From contig NC_091995.1 of NCBI RefSeq assembly GCF_044704955.1, positions 99,076,001 to 99,140,000 on the forward strand: a DNA stretch of 64,000 nucleotides. Reading direction: 5' to 3'. The position numbers were made by a program, and so were the translations under genes. The notes under the pieces were generated by a model. It searched no databases. It had not been told where the DNA came from and saw only the letters and a program-made list of their open reading frames with translations. This document shows positions 10,401-22,360 of this stretch, piece by piece (within the stretch, counting starts at the first letter, position 1; each line of letters opens with the position of its first letter). This DNA comes from Pristiophorus japonicus. Taxonomy: Eukaryota.

Positions 10401-12447
10401 TGAACTGTACCCTGGGGAGAGTCAGCACCTTCAGGGTCTGTACCCCAGGGAGAGTCAGCACCTTCAGGGTCTGTACCCCAGGGAGAGTCAGCACCTTCAG
10501 GGTCTGTACCCCAGGGAGAGTCAGCACCTTCAGGAACTGTACCCCAGGGAGAGTCAGCATCTTCAGGGTCTGTACCCCAGGGAGAGTCAGCACCTTCAGG
10601 GTCTGTACCCCGGGGAGAGACAGCACCTTCAGGGTCTGTATCCCAGGGAGAGTCAGCACCTTCAGGGTCTGTACCCCGGGGAGAGTAAGCACCTTCAGGA
10701 ACTGTACCCCAGGGAGAGTCAGTACCTTCAGGGTCTGTACCCCAGGGAGAGTCAGCACCTTCAGGGTCTGTACCCCAGGGAGAGTCAGCACCTTCAGGGT
10801 CTGTACCCCGGGGAGAGTCAGCACCTTCAGGGTCTGTACCCCGGGGAGAGTCAGCACCTTCAGGGTCTGTACCCCGGGGAGAGTCAGCACCTTCAGGAAC
10901 TGTACCCCAGGGAGAGTCAGCACCTTCAGGAACTGTACCCCAGGGAGAGTCAGCACCTTCAGGGTCTGTACCCCAGGGAGAGTCAGCACCTTCAGGAACT
11001 GTACCCCGGGGAGAGTCAGCACCTTCAGGAACTGTACCCCGGGGAGAGTCAGCACCTTCAGGAACTGTACCCCGGGGAGAGTCAGCACCTTCAGGAACTG
11101 TACCCCGGGGAGAGTCAGCACCTTCAGGAACTGTACCCCTGGGAGAGTCAGCACCTTCAGGGACTGTACCCCGGGGAGAGTCAGCACCTCCAGGAACTGT
11201 ACCCCAGGGAGAGTCAGCACCTTCAGGGTCTGTACCCCGGGGAGAGTCAGCACCTTCAGAGTCTGTACCCCGGGGAGAGTCAGCACCTTCAGGGACTGTA
11301 CCCCAGGGAGAGTCAGCATCTTCAGGGTCTGTACCCCGGGGAGAGTCAGCACCTTCAGGGTCTGTACCCCGGGGAGAGTCAGCACCTTCAGGGTCTGTAC
11401 CCCGGGGAGAGTCAGAACCTTCAGGGTCTGTACCCCGGGGAGAGTCAGCACCTTCAGGAACTGTACCCGGGGAGAGTCAGCACCTTCAGGGTCTGTACCC
11501 CGGGGAGAGTCAGCACCTTCAGGGTCTGTACCCCTGGAGAGTCAGCACCTTCAGAGTCTGTACCCCGGGGAGAGTCAGCACCTTCAGGGACTGTACCCCG
11601 GGGAGAGTCAGCACCTTCAGGAACTGTACCCCAGGGAGAGTCAGCACCTTCAGGGTCTGTACCCCGGGGAGAGTCAGCACCTTCAGGGTCTGTACCCCAG
11701 GGAGAGTCAGCATCTTCAGGGTCTGTACCCCAGGGAGAGTCAGCACCTTCAGGGTCTGTACCCCAGGGAGAGTCAGTACCTTCAGGGTCTGTACCCCAGG
11801 GAGAGTCAGCACCTTCAGGAACTGTACCCCAGGGAGAGTCAGCACCTTCAGGGTCTGTACCCCAGGGAGAGTCAGCACCTTCAGGGTCTGTACCCCAGGG
11901 AGAGTCAGCACCTTCAGGAACTGTACCCCAGGGAGAGTCAGCACCTTCAGGGTCTGTACCCCAGGGAGAGTCAGCACCTTCAGAGTCTGTACCCCGGGGA
12001 GAGTCAGCACCTTCAGCGTCTGTACCCCAGGGAGAGTCAGCACCTTCAGGGTCTGTACCCCGGGGAGAGTCAGCACCTTAAGAGTCTGTACCCCGGGGAG
12101 AGTCAGCACCTTCAGGGTCTGTACCCCAGGGAGAGTCAGCACCTTCAGGGTCTGTACCCCGGGGAGAGTCAGCATCTTCAGGGTCTGTACCCCAGGGAGA
12201 GTCAGCACCTTCAGGAACTGTACCCCGGGGAGAGTCAGCACCTTCAGGAACTGTACCCCGGGGAGAGTCAGCACCTTCAGGAACTGTACCCCAGGGAGAG
12301 TCAGCACCTTCAGGGACTGTACCCCGGGGAGAGTCAGCACCTTCAGGGACTGTACCCCGGGGAGAGTCAGCACCTTCAGGGTCTGTACCCCGGGGAGAGT
12401 CAACACCTTCAGGGTCTGTACCCCGGGGAGAGTCAGCACCTTCAGGA
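10401..12447. repeat. 33-bp minisatellite (gtaccccagggagagtcagcaccttcagggtct), about 62 copies
   Basis: Homogeneous tandem units; stop-free in several frames only because 33 is a multiple of 3. Confidence 0.95.
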
Positions 12448-12626
12448 GAGGGGAAAAGATGATGATAAATTACACAATTGCTGATACTAAAATAAAATTG
12501 CCGTTTAAACAATAATTATCCCATTTCTCCGTGTGTACAATTAACCTTCTGCCTGAGTGTACAATCACGGTAATTCGGGGTGGGAGCGAGGAGCAGAGAG
12601 ATGTTTGTAAATGTTTCAAAACTTAC

Positions 12627-12736
12627 CAGAAAAATCGATCCTCCCATCACCATCCACATCTCCATCTGACACAAAACTGTCCGTCTCAGAGTCACTCAAC
12701 ACGCGGGCTCCTGCGTAGAAATACTGAAGGAACGAC
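12627..12736 (-). CDS. Parvalbumin/oncomodulin-like, coding exon 3: (K)[36 protein letters not shown](E), EF site
   Basis: Acceptor tttttattaaag|G and donor G|gtaagt; 110 nt as in parvalbumin genes; GAR.L...ET motif and EF loop [12 protein letters not shown]. Confidence 0.93.
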
Positions 12737-12821
12737 CTTTAATAAAAACAGGAGCCTATGATAAAAACCCAGAGAGAGGAGCGCAGTGTGTCTGTTAGAT
12801 GTGTGCGTTGTATAGCAGCTG

Positions 12822-13550
12822 GTGTATAATGCGGAGAGATGTGAAGTTATCCACATCGCTGGTAAAAATAGAAAAGCAGAGTATTTTTTAAATGGTGAGA
12901 GATTGGGAAATGTTGGTGTTCAGAGGGACCTGGGTGCCCTTGTACACCAATCACTGAAAGTTAACCTGCAGGTACAGCAAGTGATTAAAGCAAATGGTAT
13001 GTTGGCCTTTATTACAGGAGGATTTGAGTATAAGAGTAAAGACGTCTTACTGCAATTATACAGGGCCCTGGTGACCACACCTGGAGTATTGTGCACCGTT
13101 CTGGTCTCCTTACCTAAGGAAGGATATACTTGCCACAGAGGGAGTGCAACGAAGGTTCACCAGACTGATTCCTGGGATGGGGGGATTGTCCTATGAGGAG
13201 AGATTGAGTAGACTGGGCCGATATTCTCTAGAGTTTAGAAGAATGAGAGGTGATCTCATTGAAACATACAACATTCTTACAGGGCTTGACAGGGTGGATG
13301 CCTGAGATGAGGAGAAATTTCTTCACTCAGAGGGTGGTGAATCTTTGGGATTCTCTGCCCCAGGGGGCTGTGGAGGCTCAGTCTTTGAGTATATTCAAGG
13401 CTGAGATCGATAGATTTTTGGATATTAAGGGAATCGAGGGATATGGGGACAGTGCAGGAAAGTGGAGTTGAGGGCGAAGATCAGCCATGATCTCACTGAA
13501 TGGTGGAGCAGGCTCGAGGGGCCGAATGGCCGACTCCTGCTCCTATTGCA
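12822..13550 (+). mobile_element. CR1 LINE 3' fragment in a parvalbumin intron, antisense to the gene
   Basis: YNAERCEVIH...QRDLG...ANGMLAFI motif and CR1 3' UTR. Confidence 0.9.
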
Positions 13551-13585
13551 TGTTAATGTTTGGAGGGAAGGGAGGAGTTTCCTAC

Positions 13586-13718
13586 TTGAGCTCGTTCTTC
13601 TCGATGAAACCGCTTTTGTCATCGTCGAGAATGGCGAAGATTTTCTTGATCTCTTCTGCGGATTTCTTGGCCAGGCCAGAGGTTTTGGAGAATTTCTTGA
13701 GGTGGAAGGAGCCGGGAT
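13586..13718 (-). CDS. Parvalbumin/oncomodulin-like, coding exon 2: (D)[43 protein letters not shown](K), CD site
   Basis: Acceptor ctgtcctgttccag| and donor AA|gtagg; 133 nt as in parvalbumin genes; CD loop [12 protein letters not shown]. Confidence 0.94.
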
Positions 13719-13979
13719 CTGGAACAGGACAGAGTGAGTAACAGGAGAGTGTCTGAGGATCGTTCATTGTGTGGCCCCGGGCAGCTCAGGGTTCCTGGGG
13801 AAACGAGGGAATCCCAAACTCCTCCAAGTCTCTGCAATGCTCATAAATCAACTTCAACACAGGAGCCAAGACCCAGGGACTGGCAGCGACACTCTGTGGC
13901 ACCCTTCTACAAAACATTTCAATCCAGACCAGAACATGGTGGTGCAGAACCAAAACCCAGACAATCTGTCACAGGGAGG

Positions 13980-15290
13980 GGTCAGGGGTCAGAGTGCTAC
14001 ACCAGGGGTCAGAGAGTTACACCAGAGGTCAGAGTGCTACACCAGGGGTCAGAATGCTACACCAGGGGTCAGAGAATTACACCAGGGATCAAGGGTCAGA
14101 GTGCTATACAAGGGATCAGAGTGCTACACCAGGGGTCAGAGAGTTACACCAGGGGTCAGAGAGTTACACCAGGGGTCAGAGTGCTATACAAGGGATCAGA
14201 GAGTTACACCAGGGGTCAGAGAGTTACACCAGGGGTCAGAGTGTTACACCAGGGGTCAGAGTGCTACACCAGGGGTCAGAGAGTTACACCAGAGGTCAGA
14301 GTGCTACACCAGGGGTCAGAGAGTTACACCAGAGGTCAGAGTGCTACACCAGGGGTCAGAGAGTTACACCAGGGGTCAGAGAGTTACACCAGGAGTCAGA
14401 GTGTTACACCAGGGGTCAGAATGTTACACCAGGGGTCAGAATGCTACACCAGGGGTCAGAGAGTTACACCAGGGATCAAGGGTCAGAGTGCTATACAAGG
14501 GATCAGAGTGTTACATCAGGGGTCAGAGTGCTACACCAGGGGTCAGAGAGTTACACCAGGGGTCAGAGAGTTACACCAGGAGTCAGAGAGTTACACCAGG
14601 GGTCAGAGTATTACACCAGAGGTCAGAGTGTTATACCAGGGGTCAGAGTGCTACACCAGGGGTCAGAATGCTACACCAGGGGTCAGAGAGTTACACCAGG
14701 GATCAGAGTGCTACACCAGGGGTCAGAGAGTTACACCAGAGGTCAGAGTGCTACACCAGGGGTCAGAATGCTACACCAGGGGTCAGAGAGTTACACCAGG
14801 GATCAAGGGTCAGAGTGCTATACAAGGGATCAGAGTGCTACACCAGAGGTCAGAGAGTTACACCAGGGGTCAGAGAGTTACACCAGGGGTCAGAGTGCTA
14901 TACAAGGGATCAGAGTGTTACACCAGGGGTCAGAGAGTTACACCAGGAGTCAGAGTGTTACACCAGGGATCAGAATGCTACACCAGGGGTCATAGAGTTA
15001 CACCAGGGGTCAAGGGTCAGAGTGCTACACCAGGGGTCCGAGAGTTACACCAGGGATCAAGAGTCAGAGTGCTACACCAGGGGTCAGGGAGTTATACCAG
15101 GGGTCAGAGAGTTACACCAGGGATCAAGGGTCAGAGTGCTACACAAGGGGTCAGAGAGTTATACCAGGGGTCAGAGAGTTACACCAGGGATCAAGGGTCA
15201 GAGTGCTACACAAGGGATCAGAGAGTTACACCAGGGGTCAAAGTGTTACACCAGGAGTCAGACTGCTACACTAGGGGTCAGAGTGTTACC
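13980..15290. repeat. 20-bp minisatellite (agagttacaccaggggtcag) with 27-bp variants
   Basis: About 60 tandem units. Confidence 0.95.
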
Positions 15291-15735
15291 TGAGGATCAG
15301 TTGAGCAGGTTGGGCCTATACACATTGGAGTTCAGAAGAATGAGAGGTGATCTTATCGAAACATATAAGATAATGAGGGGGCTCGACAAGGTGGATGCAG
15401 AGAGGATATTTCCATTCATAGGGGAAACTAAAACTAAGGGACATAGGCTCAGAATAAGAGGCCGCCCATTTAAAACTGAGATGAGGAGGAATTTCTTCTC
15501 TCAGAGGGTTGTGAATCTGTGGAATTCTCTGCCCCAGAGAGCTGTGGAGGTTGGGTCATTGAATATATTTAAGGTGGAGCTGGACAGATTTTTGAGCGAT
15601 AAGGGAGTAAGGGGTTATAGGGAGCGGGCAAGGAAGTGGAGCTGAGTCCATGATCAGACCAGCCTTTATTAAATGGTGGAGCAGGCTCAAGGGGCCAAAT
15701 GGCCGACTCCTGTTCCTATTTCTTGTGTTCTTAGG
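15290..15735 (+). mobile_element. CR1 LINE 3' fragment
   Basis: LSRLGLYTLEFRRMRGDLIETYKI...RNFFSQRVVNLWNSLP and 3' UTR. Confidence 0.92.
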
Positions 15736-15744
15736 TTACATAAG

Positions 15745-16400
15745 GGGGTTAGTGCGTTACAGGCGGGGGTCAGGGGTCTGTGCGTTACAGGTGGGGGTCA
15801 AAGGTCGGTGCATTAAAGGCGGGGGTCAGGGGTCAGTGTGTTGCAGGCAGGGGTCAGTGCGTTACTGGCAGGGGTCAAGGGTCGGTGCGTTATAGGCGGG
15901 GGTCAGGGGTTGGTGCATCACAGGCAGGGGCCAGGGTTTGGTGCGTTATAGTCAGGGGTCAAGGGTCGGTGCGTTATAGGCAGGGGCCAGGGTTTGGTGC
16001 ATTATAGTCAAGGGTCAAGGGTCGGTGTGTTATAGGCAGGGGCCAGGGTTTAGTGCGTTATAGGCGGGGGTCAGGGGTCGGTGCGTTATAGGCGGGGGTC
16101 AGAGGTCAGTGCGTTACAGGTGAGGGTCAGTGCGTTATAGTCAGGGGTCAAGGGTCGGTGCGTTATAGGCGGGGGTCAGGGGTTGGTTCGTTACAAGCGG
16201 GGGTCAGGGGTTGGTGTGTTATAGTCAGGGGTCAAGGGTCGGTGCGTTATAGGCGGAGGTCAGGGGTTGGTTCGTTACAAGTGGGGGTCAGGGGCCGGTG
16301 CGTTACAGGTGGGGGTCAGGGGTCGGTGTGTTATAGGCGGGGGTCAAGGGTCGGTGCATTATAGGTGGGGGTCAGGGGTCGGTACGTTATAGGCGGGGTT
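15745..16400. repeat. Degenerate ~29-bp G-rich minisatellite (tgcgttataggcgggggtcaggggtcgg)
   Basis: Tandem units with G-runs. Confidence 0.85.
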
Positions 16401-16644
16401 CAGAGTGTCACTGTCAGCACCAAGCCACCTACAGCGGGCAGTCCCAGACACAAGCTGTTAGATTATCTCAGTGAACACAGTGACAGAGATGCTGTAATGA
16501 GGATCCGAGACCCTGGGACAGGGAGGGCTGAATTGTGGCTGGGTTCTGCTCACGTGGCTCAGGTTTCAGACCCCGCGGAACCGCAAGAGCCAACAACAAT
16601 AGGCAATGAGGAGGTATTGTTTGAAGTGCAGTGAGTGGCTTCAC

Positions 16645-16705
16645 CTTTGCATTCAGCGAGAGCAGCAGCCACGTCACCAGCAGCGAGGAAATCAGTAATC
16701 TTCAT
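16645..16705 (-). CDS. Parvalbumin/oncomodulin-like, coding exon 1: MKITDFLAAGDVAAALAECK(D)
   Basis: Acceptor ggttcacag| (exon starts 16712), ATG at 16705, 61 coding nt, donor G|gtgaag. The four coding exons sum to 330 nt (109 aa plus stop). Confidence 0.93.
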
Positions 16706-17349
16706 CGTCAACCTGTGAACCACAAGTCGTCAGACAACAGTAACCACACTTCAAAAAGTGTTTCAATGGCGGTAAAGTGCTTTGGGACGTCCGGAGGTCC
16801 TGAAAGGCGTTATATAAATGCAAGTCTTTCTTTCATTACAGTCTGGATTACCATTCATTAAATAAATACTGTAAACCCTTGGCACTGCTGACTAACTCTC
16901 TATGAAGATCTCCGAGTGTAACTCTATCATAGGACCAGGATGAGACCATTCAGCCCCTCGAGCCTGTTCCACCAATCAATGAGTTCATGGCTGAGCTCTA
17001 TCAGTTTAACCCGCTCTATATGAAGATCTCCCAGTCTAACTCCCTCTCTATGAATCTACCTCCCTCAGATCTCTCTGTCTGTTAAAAGTCTCCAGTCTTC
17101 ATGGATGTTACAAGGACACAAGTGGATGAAGAATTCCCTTTCGATATTAGCTCGTCCTCGGTGAAATTCTCAGCAACCCGATGTTTCGGAGGTGACCATG
17201 GAGGAGCGAGTGGGAGCAAAAACCCTTGAAGCATAAACTCTGTTGCTGCTCTATCTGATCATACGGGACCTAAAACCCTGGCTGTTAAGACTTTCATTTT
17301 GAATTATTTCACACGCCTAACAAAGTGTAGTAGAATACTTAATTATCTC

Positions 17350-18055
17350 CAGGACCTTGAGCACAAAAAATTTAGGCTGACACTCCAATGCAGTACTGAG
17401 GGAGCGCTGCACTGTCGGAGGGGCAGTACTGAGGGAGTGCCGCACTGTCGGAGGGGCAGTACTGAGGGAGTGCCGCACTGTCGGAGGGACAGTACTGAGG
17501 GAGTGCTGCACTGTCGGAGGGACAGTACTGAGGGAGTGCTGCACTGTCGGAGGGGCAGTACTGAGGGAGTGCTGCATTGTCGGAGGGGCAGTACTGAGGG
17601 AGTGCCGCACTGTCGGAGGGGCAGTACTGAGGGAGCATCGCACTGTCGGAGGGGCAGTACTGAGGGAGCATCGCACTGTCGGAGGGGCAGTACTGAGGGA
17701 GTGCTGCACTGTCGGAGGGTCATACTGAGGGAGCGCCGCACTGTCGGAGGTGCCATCTTTCGGATGAGATGTTAAACTGAGGCCCCGTCTGCTTTCTCAG
17801 CTGGATGTAAAAGATCCCATGGCAAGATTTTGACAAAGAGCAGGGGAGTTCTCCCCCGTGTCCTGGGGCCAATATTTACATCACTAAAACAGATTATCTG
17901 CTCATTACCACATTGCGGGAGCTTGCTGTGCACAAATTGGCTGTCGTGTTTCCCACATTACAAAAGTGACTGCGCTCCAAAAAGTACTTCATTGGCTGTA
18001 AAGTGCTTTGAGACGTCCGGTGGTCGTGAAAGGCGCTATAGAAATGCAATTGTTT
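17350..18055 (+). mobile_element. Deu-domain SINE with 33-bp array (about 11 copies, 17391-17750) in parvalbumin intron 1
   Basis: taggctgacactcca, then the array, then ggaggtgccatctttcggatgagatg...gaaaggcgctatagaaatgca. Confidence 0.85.
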
Positions 18056-18104
18056 CTTTTCGTGTCTCTCTGATGGTTATTGAAGGAGGTTAAATAGCAC
18101 TCAC

Positions 18105-18160
18105 CCTTGTGCTGGTCTGTGTCTCGGGCAGCGACTTGAGGGATGAAGACTTGTATCTGT
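18105..18160 (-). other. Parvalbumin non-coding exon 1 (5' UTR)
   Basis: Donor AGG|gtgagt at 18105/18104, about 75 bp downstream of a TATA box. TSS is approximate. Confidence 0.7.
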
Positions 18161-18180
18161 TGCCAGCTCCGAGCATGGCC

Positions 18181-18188
18181 TTTATATA
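18181..18188 (-). promoter_or_regulatory. TATA box (TATATAAA) of the parvalbumin gene
   Basis: tttatata on +, with the right orientation and spacing to exon 1. Confidence 0.72.
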
Positions 18189-18459
18189 CAGGCCGCATGG
18201 CACTGATTTTAATGGCAGTTACAAAGGGGAGGGACCTGGATGATCGACACCATCGGGATGGTGTGAGAATGGGTCTGTTGAGGTCAGAGCTTGTGCTGTT
18301 TACACTGCAGACAAAGCTGAACAGGATTACACTAGGGGAGCGAGTGTGAATAGGCGTTCTCAGCTCTCCCCCCACCATCCCTCATCATCTGCTGCCCCCA
18401 CACCGGGCAGGAAGCTGTCTGAACGCAGATGTTAAAGTAAACACCATCGCGCCTGTGCT

Positions 18460-18675
18460 GGTCCTGGGGCCAATATTTATCCCTCAACCAACATCACTAA
18501 AACAGATTATCTGGTCATTATCACATTGCTGTGTGTGGGAGCTTGCTGTGCGCAAATTCGCTGCTGTGTTTCCCACATTACAACAGTGACTACACTCGAA
18601 AAGTACTTCATTGGCTGTAAAGCGCTTTGAGACGTCCGATGGTTGTGAAAGGCGCTATATAAATGCAAGTCTTTC
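18460..18675 (+). mobile_element. Deu-domain SINE, 3' half
   Basis: gtcctggggccaatatttatccctcaacc...gaaaggcgctatataaatgcaag. Confidence 0.8.
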
Positions 18676-18779
18676 TTTTTCTTTTTACATGATAGTGTCG
18701 GAATAGGTCTCGCCAAACACTTTACCCACAATGAATCGCCTGGAAGGACAGTCACTGGTTATGAAGCTAAATTGTCCGC

Positions 18780-19835
18780 CGTACTGCACACAGCAAGATC
18801 CCAGCAGCAGTGAGAGGAAAGACCTGTTTTTGGTGGCGTTGGTTAGCGGGAGATCTATTGTCCAGGATCCTTGCTCATCTTCAAATAGTGCCGTGGGATC
18901 TCCAACCCCTTCCGGAACGACTGCAGCAAGGAGAAAGCAGCTGCTTTAATGTCCTACCCAAATGATGGATTCTCCAACAGTGCGACACTCCCCCAATACT
19001 GCCCCTCCGACAGTGAGACACTCCCTCAGTACTGCCCCTCCGACAGTGAGACACTCCCTCAGCACTGCCCCTCCGACACTGCGGCACTCCCTCAGTACTG
19101 CCCCTCCGACAGTGAGACACTCCCTCAGTACTGCCACTCCGACAGTGCGGCACTCCCCCAGTACTGCCCCTCCGACAGTGAGACACTCCCTCAGTACTGC
19201 CACTCCAACAGTGCGGCACTCCCTCAGTACAGCCCCTCCGACAGTGCGGCACTCCCTCAGTACAGCCCCTCAGACAGTGCGGCACTCCCCCAGTACTGCC
19301 CCTCCGACAGTGAGACACTCCCTCAGTACTGCCCCTCCGACAGTGCGGCACTCCCTCAGTACTGCCCCTCCGACAGTGAGACACTCCCTCAGTACTGCCC
19401 CTCCGACAGTGCGGCACTCCCTCAGTACTGCCCCTCCGACAGTGCGGTGCTCCCTCAGTACTGCCCCTCCGACAGTGTGGCGCTCCCTCAGTACTGCCCC
19501 TCGCACAGTGCGGCGCTCCCTCAGTACTTCCCCTCTGACAGTGCGGCACTCCCTCAGTACTGCCCCTCCGACAGTACGGCACTCCCTCAGTACTGCCCCT
19601 CCGACAGTGCGGCACTCCCTCAGTACTGCCCCTCCGACAGTGCGGCGCTCCCTCAGTACTGCCCCTCCGACAGTGCGGCGCTCCCTCAGTACTGCCCCTC
19701 CGACATTGCGGCGCTCCCTCAGTACTGCCTCTCCGACAGTGCGGCACTCCCTCAGTACTGCCCCTCCGACATTGCGGCGCTCCCTCAGTACTGCACTGGA
19801 GTGACAGCCGAGGTTATGTGGTCACGTGCTTGACC
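18780..19835 (-). mobile_element. Diverged Deu-domain SINE with 33-bp array (about 25 copies, 18975-19795)
   Basis: The array ends in cagtactgcactggagtg as in the other copies; degenerate SINE body on the left. Confidence 0.75.
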
Positions 19836-20639
19836 GGGGATTTATTAATAACACAAATGGGTCCAATACTGTCTTTGCAAACTGATTGCTACGACATTCG
19901 TGCAAATGTTTGAAACAAAAATGGATGAAATGTGGAGACAGTTGGGAAGGAAATGCCACACTGCACACAGTTGCTGACTGGGTTAAACGCTGTCCGAGTC
20001 AACACGGAAAGTTAGCGGCCCTCCTTATTTTGAGCGTCTGGTGGAGATTCTGGTGCTGAAGGGGCTTCAGTGTGCCCTGGGTCGGGGAACGGGGAGACAT
20101 CAGCCAGGGTTCCTGCTCCCGATCACTCGCCTGGGTTACCCAATGGGAAGAGAACGTGTGTGGGCTGTGGGTGGGGGGCAGCATCTCCCAGACAGGCTAG
20201 GAATGTGGTGGGCGCACTCGTGAGGTGTCAGAGTCCTGCTCCTGTGTAATTGAGCCCAGCGGACGGAGTGCCGCGAGAGCCAGCGAGGGGAGCACTATGG
20301 GCAGGGGCAGGTCAGTGTGGGCTTTGCGTATTGACACCGGGACTCTCGGTAAATATGCAGCGTTATGTGAGCACACAGGTGTGTCATTCATATAATCACA
20401 GCTGCTGCGATGCCATTGTGTGTTGTAGAAAGCAAGGTCACCTCCGTTCCTGATACAGGGCCCTTAGTGTAGAAAATGTCCCCAACTGCTTGACAGAGCT
20501 GAAATCAGGCCTGGAACTTCGGTCGGAAAAGAACAAAGGGAATATGGCTGAAGAGGAAGGATTGAGGGGTATGGTCGAGAGTTAGTGAGGCAGGCAGGGT
20601 GAGGGGAAGGGAATCCGCCTGTACAGAGCCCCTGCCTCA

Positions 20640-21395
20640 GCTCATCCACTGTTCAAGGCCTCATCCGTGCCTTTGTTATCTCGAGACTTGACTATTCCAA
20701 CGCACTCCTGGCTGACCTCCCACGTTCCAGCCTATGTAAACTTGAGCTCATCCAAAACTCACTGCCCCGTGTCCTAACTCGCACCGAGTCCCGCTCACCC
20801 ATCACCCCCTGTGCTCACTGACCCGTGTCCTAACTCACACCGAGTCCCACTCACCCATCACCCCCTGTGCTCACTGACCCGTGTCCTAACTCACACCGAG
20901 TCCCACTCACCCATTACCCCCTGTGCTCGCTGCCCCGTGTCCTAACTCGCACCGAGTCCCACTCATCCATCACCCCCTGTGCTCACTGACCTACATTGGC
21001 TCCTGGTCAAGCAATGCCTTAATTTCAAAATTCTCATCCTAATTTTCAAATCCCTCCATGGCCCTCGCCCCTCCCTATCTCTGTAATCTCCTCCAGCCCC
21101 ACAACCCCCCGAGATCTCTGCGCTCCTCTAATTCTGCCCTCCTGACCATCCCTGATTATAATCGCTCCATCATCGGTGGCCGTGCCTTCTGTTGCCTGGG
21201 CCCCAAGCTCTGGAACTCCCTCCCTAAACCTCTCCGCCTCTCTACCTCTCTCTCCTCCTTTAAGACCTTACCTCTTTGAACAAGCTTTTAGTCACCTGTC
21301 AGCATATCTCCTTCTGCAGCTCGGTGTCAAATTTTGTTTGATCAAGCTCCTGGGACGTTTTACTACATTAAAGGCGCTATATAAATGAAAGTTGC
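20640..21395 (+). mobile_element. L2-clade LINE 3' fragment with an internal 56-bp x4 tandem duplication (20767-20990)
   Basis: SRLDYSN..LA / HITP.L..LHWL / GLAPPYL / GGRAF...PKLWNSLP motifs; tail ggcgctatataaat. Confidence 0.8.
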
Positions 21396-21744
21396 TGCCG
21401 TGACTGTCAGTAGACAGTGTATGTGTGTGGCTGTCAGATAAGAACAGGAGTGAGCTTAACGGAATGTTGTGCTGATCACAGTACCCTGTTAAAACACAAC
21501 TCCTCATGGGACTGTTTGTGGTGTCAGTGTGGAGGCCACACATCGGGAGGGACCACTGACTCCAGGCCCCAGAATTTAAAGCTACTTTACTTGGTAACTG
21601 TGTTATTGTATAACAATATTGCTCTGTTACTATACTGGAAGGTTACAATGTTCCCGGGTTAGAATTTGACTAATTATCACTATATCACGATGCAGCGCTG
21701 TTCCTTCATAACATGGAATGAGTGATGAAAGCATCACTCTGTGT

Positions 21745-22005
21745 GAAATATGAGGGGATTTGAGGGAAGTGTCTTCACCCAGAGGGTGGTGGGGGTCTGG
21801 AACTCACGGCCTGAAAGGGTGGTAGAGGCAGAAACCCTCACCACATTTAAAAAGTACCTGGATGTGCTCCTGAAGTGCCGTAACCTACAGGGCTACGGAC
21901 CCAGGGCTGGAAAGTGGGATTAGGCTGGGTAGCTCTTTGTCGACCAGAGCGGACACGATGGGCCGAATGGCCTCCTTCCATGCTGTAAATTTCTCTGATT
22001 CTATA
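21745..22005 (+). mobile_element. CR1 LINE 3' end
   Basis: ttcacccagagggtggtgggggtctggaactc...gatgggccgaatggcctcct. Confidence 0.8.
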
Positions 22006-22360
22006 ATTCTATGAAATTTTGAGTTATGCAATTTTTATTTCACCCAGTCTCAGCTGCTATTTCTCTTGGAATTTTAAATACGCTTCTAGTTTTTAAGTCG
22101 GTTCCCTGAGGGTTTACACATTGAAGCTCTGTTTGGGCTCACAGGAACCACAGGGTCAAAATCAAAACTCCAAAATAATAAGGCTTGTAGTTATATACCT
22201 CCATTTTCGATCAAGATATCTGGAAGTGTTTCACACAGTGAAATACATTTGCCCGTTATTACATAGGCTGGCTGTCTTTGTTATGGTCGGTCCAGCCACG
22301 TCCCATTATTGCACCAACTGATGTGAGAAATGGAGAGTTTTGACTGCAGTTTAACAATTA

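Noticed and set aside
10295-12484. 729-aa, 564-aa and antisense repetitive ORFs (RVSTFRVCTPG / ESQHLQGLYPG)
   Set aside because: Produced by a 33-bp intronic minisatellite that is open in several frames on both strands; no gene signals.
13734-15645. 519-aa and 624-aa ORFs, one fused to a CR1 RT tail
   Set aside because: A stop-poor 20-bp repeat reads through into a CR1 fragment inside a parvalbumin intron.
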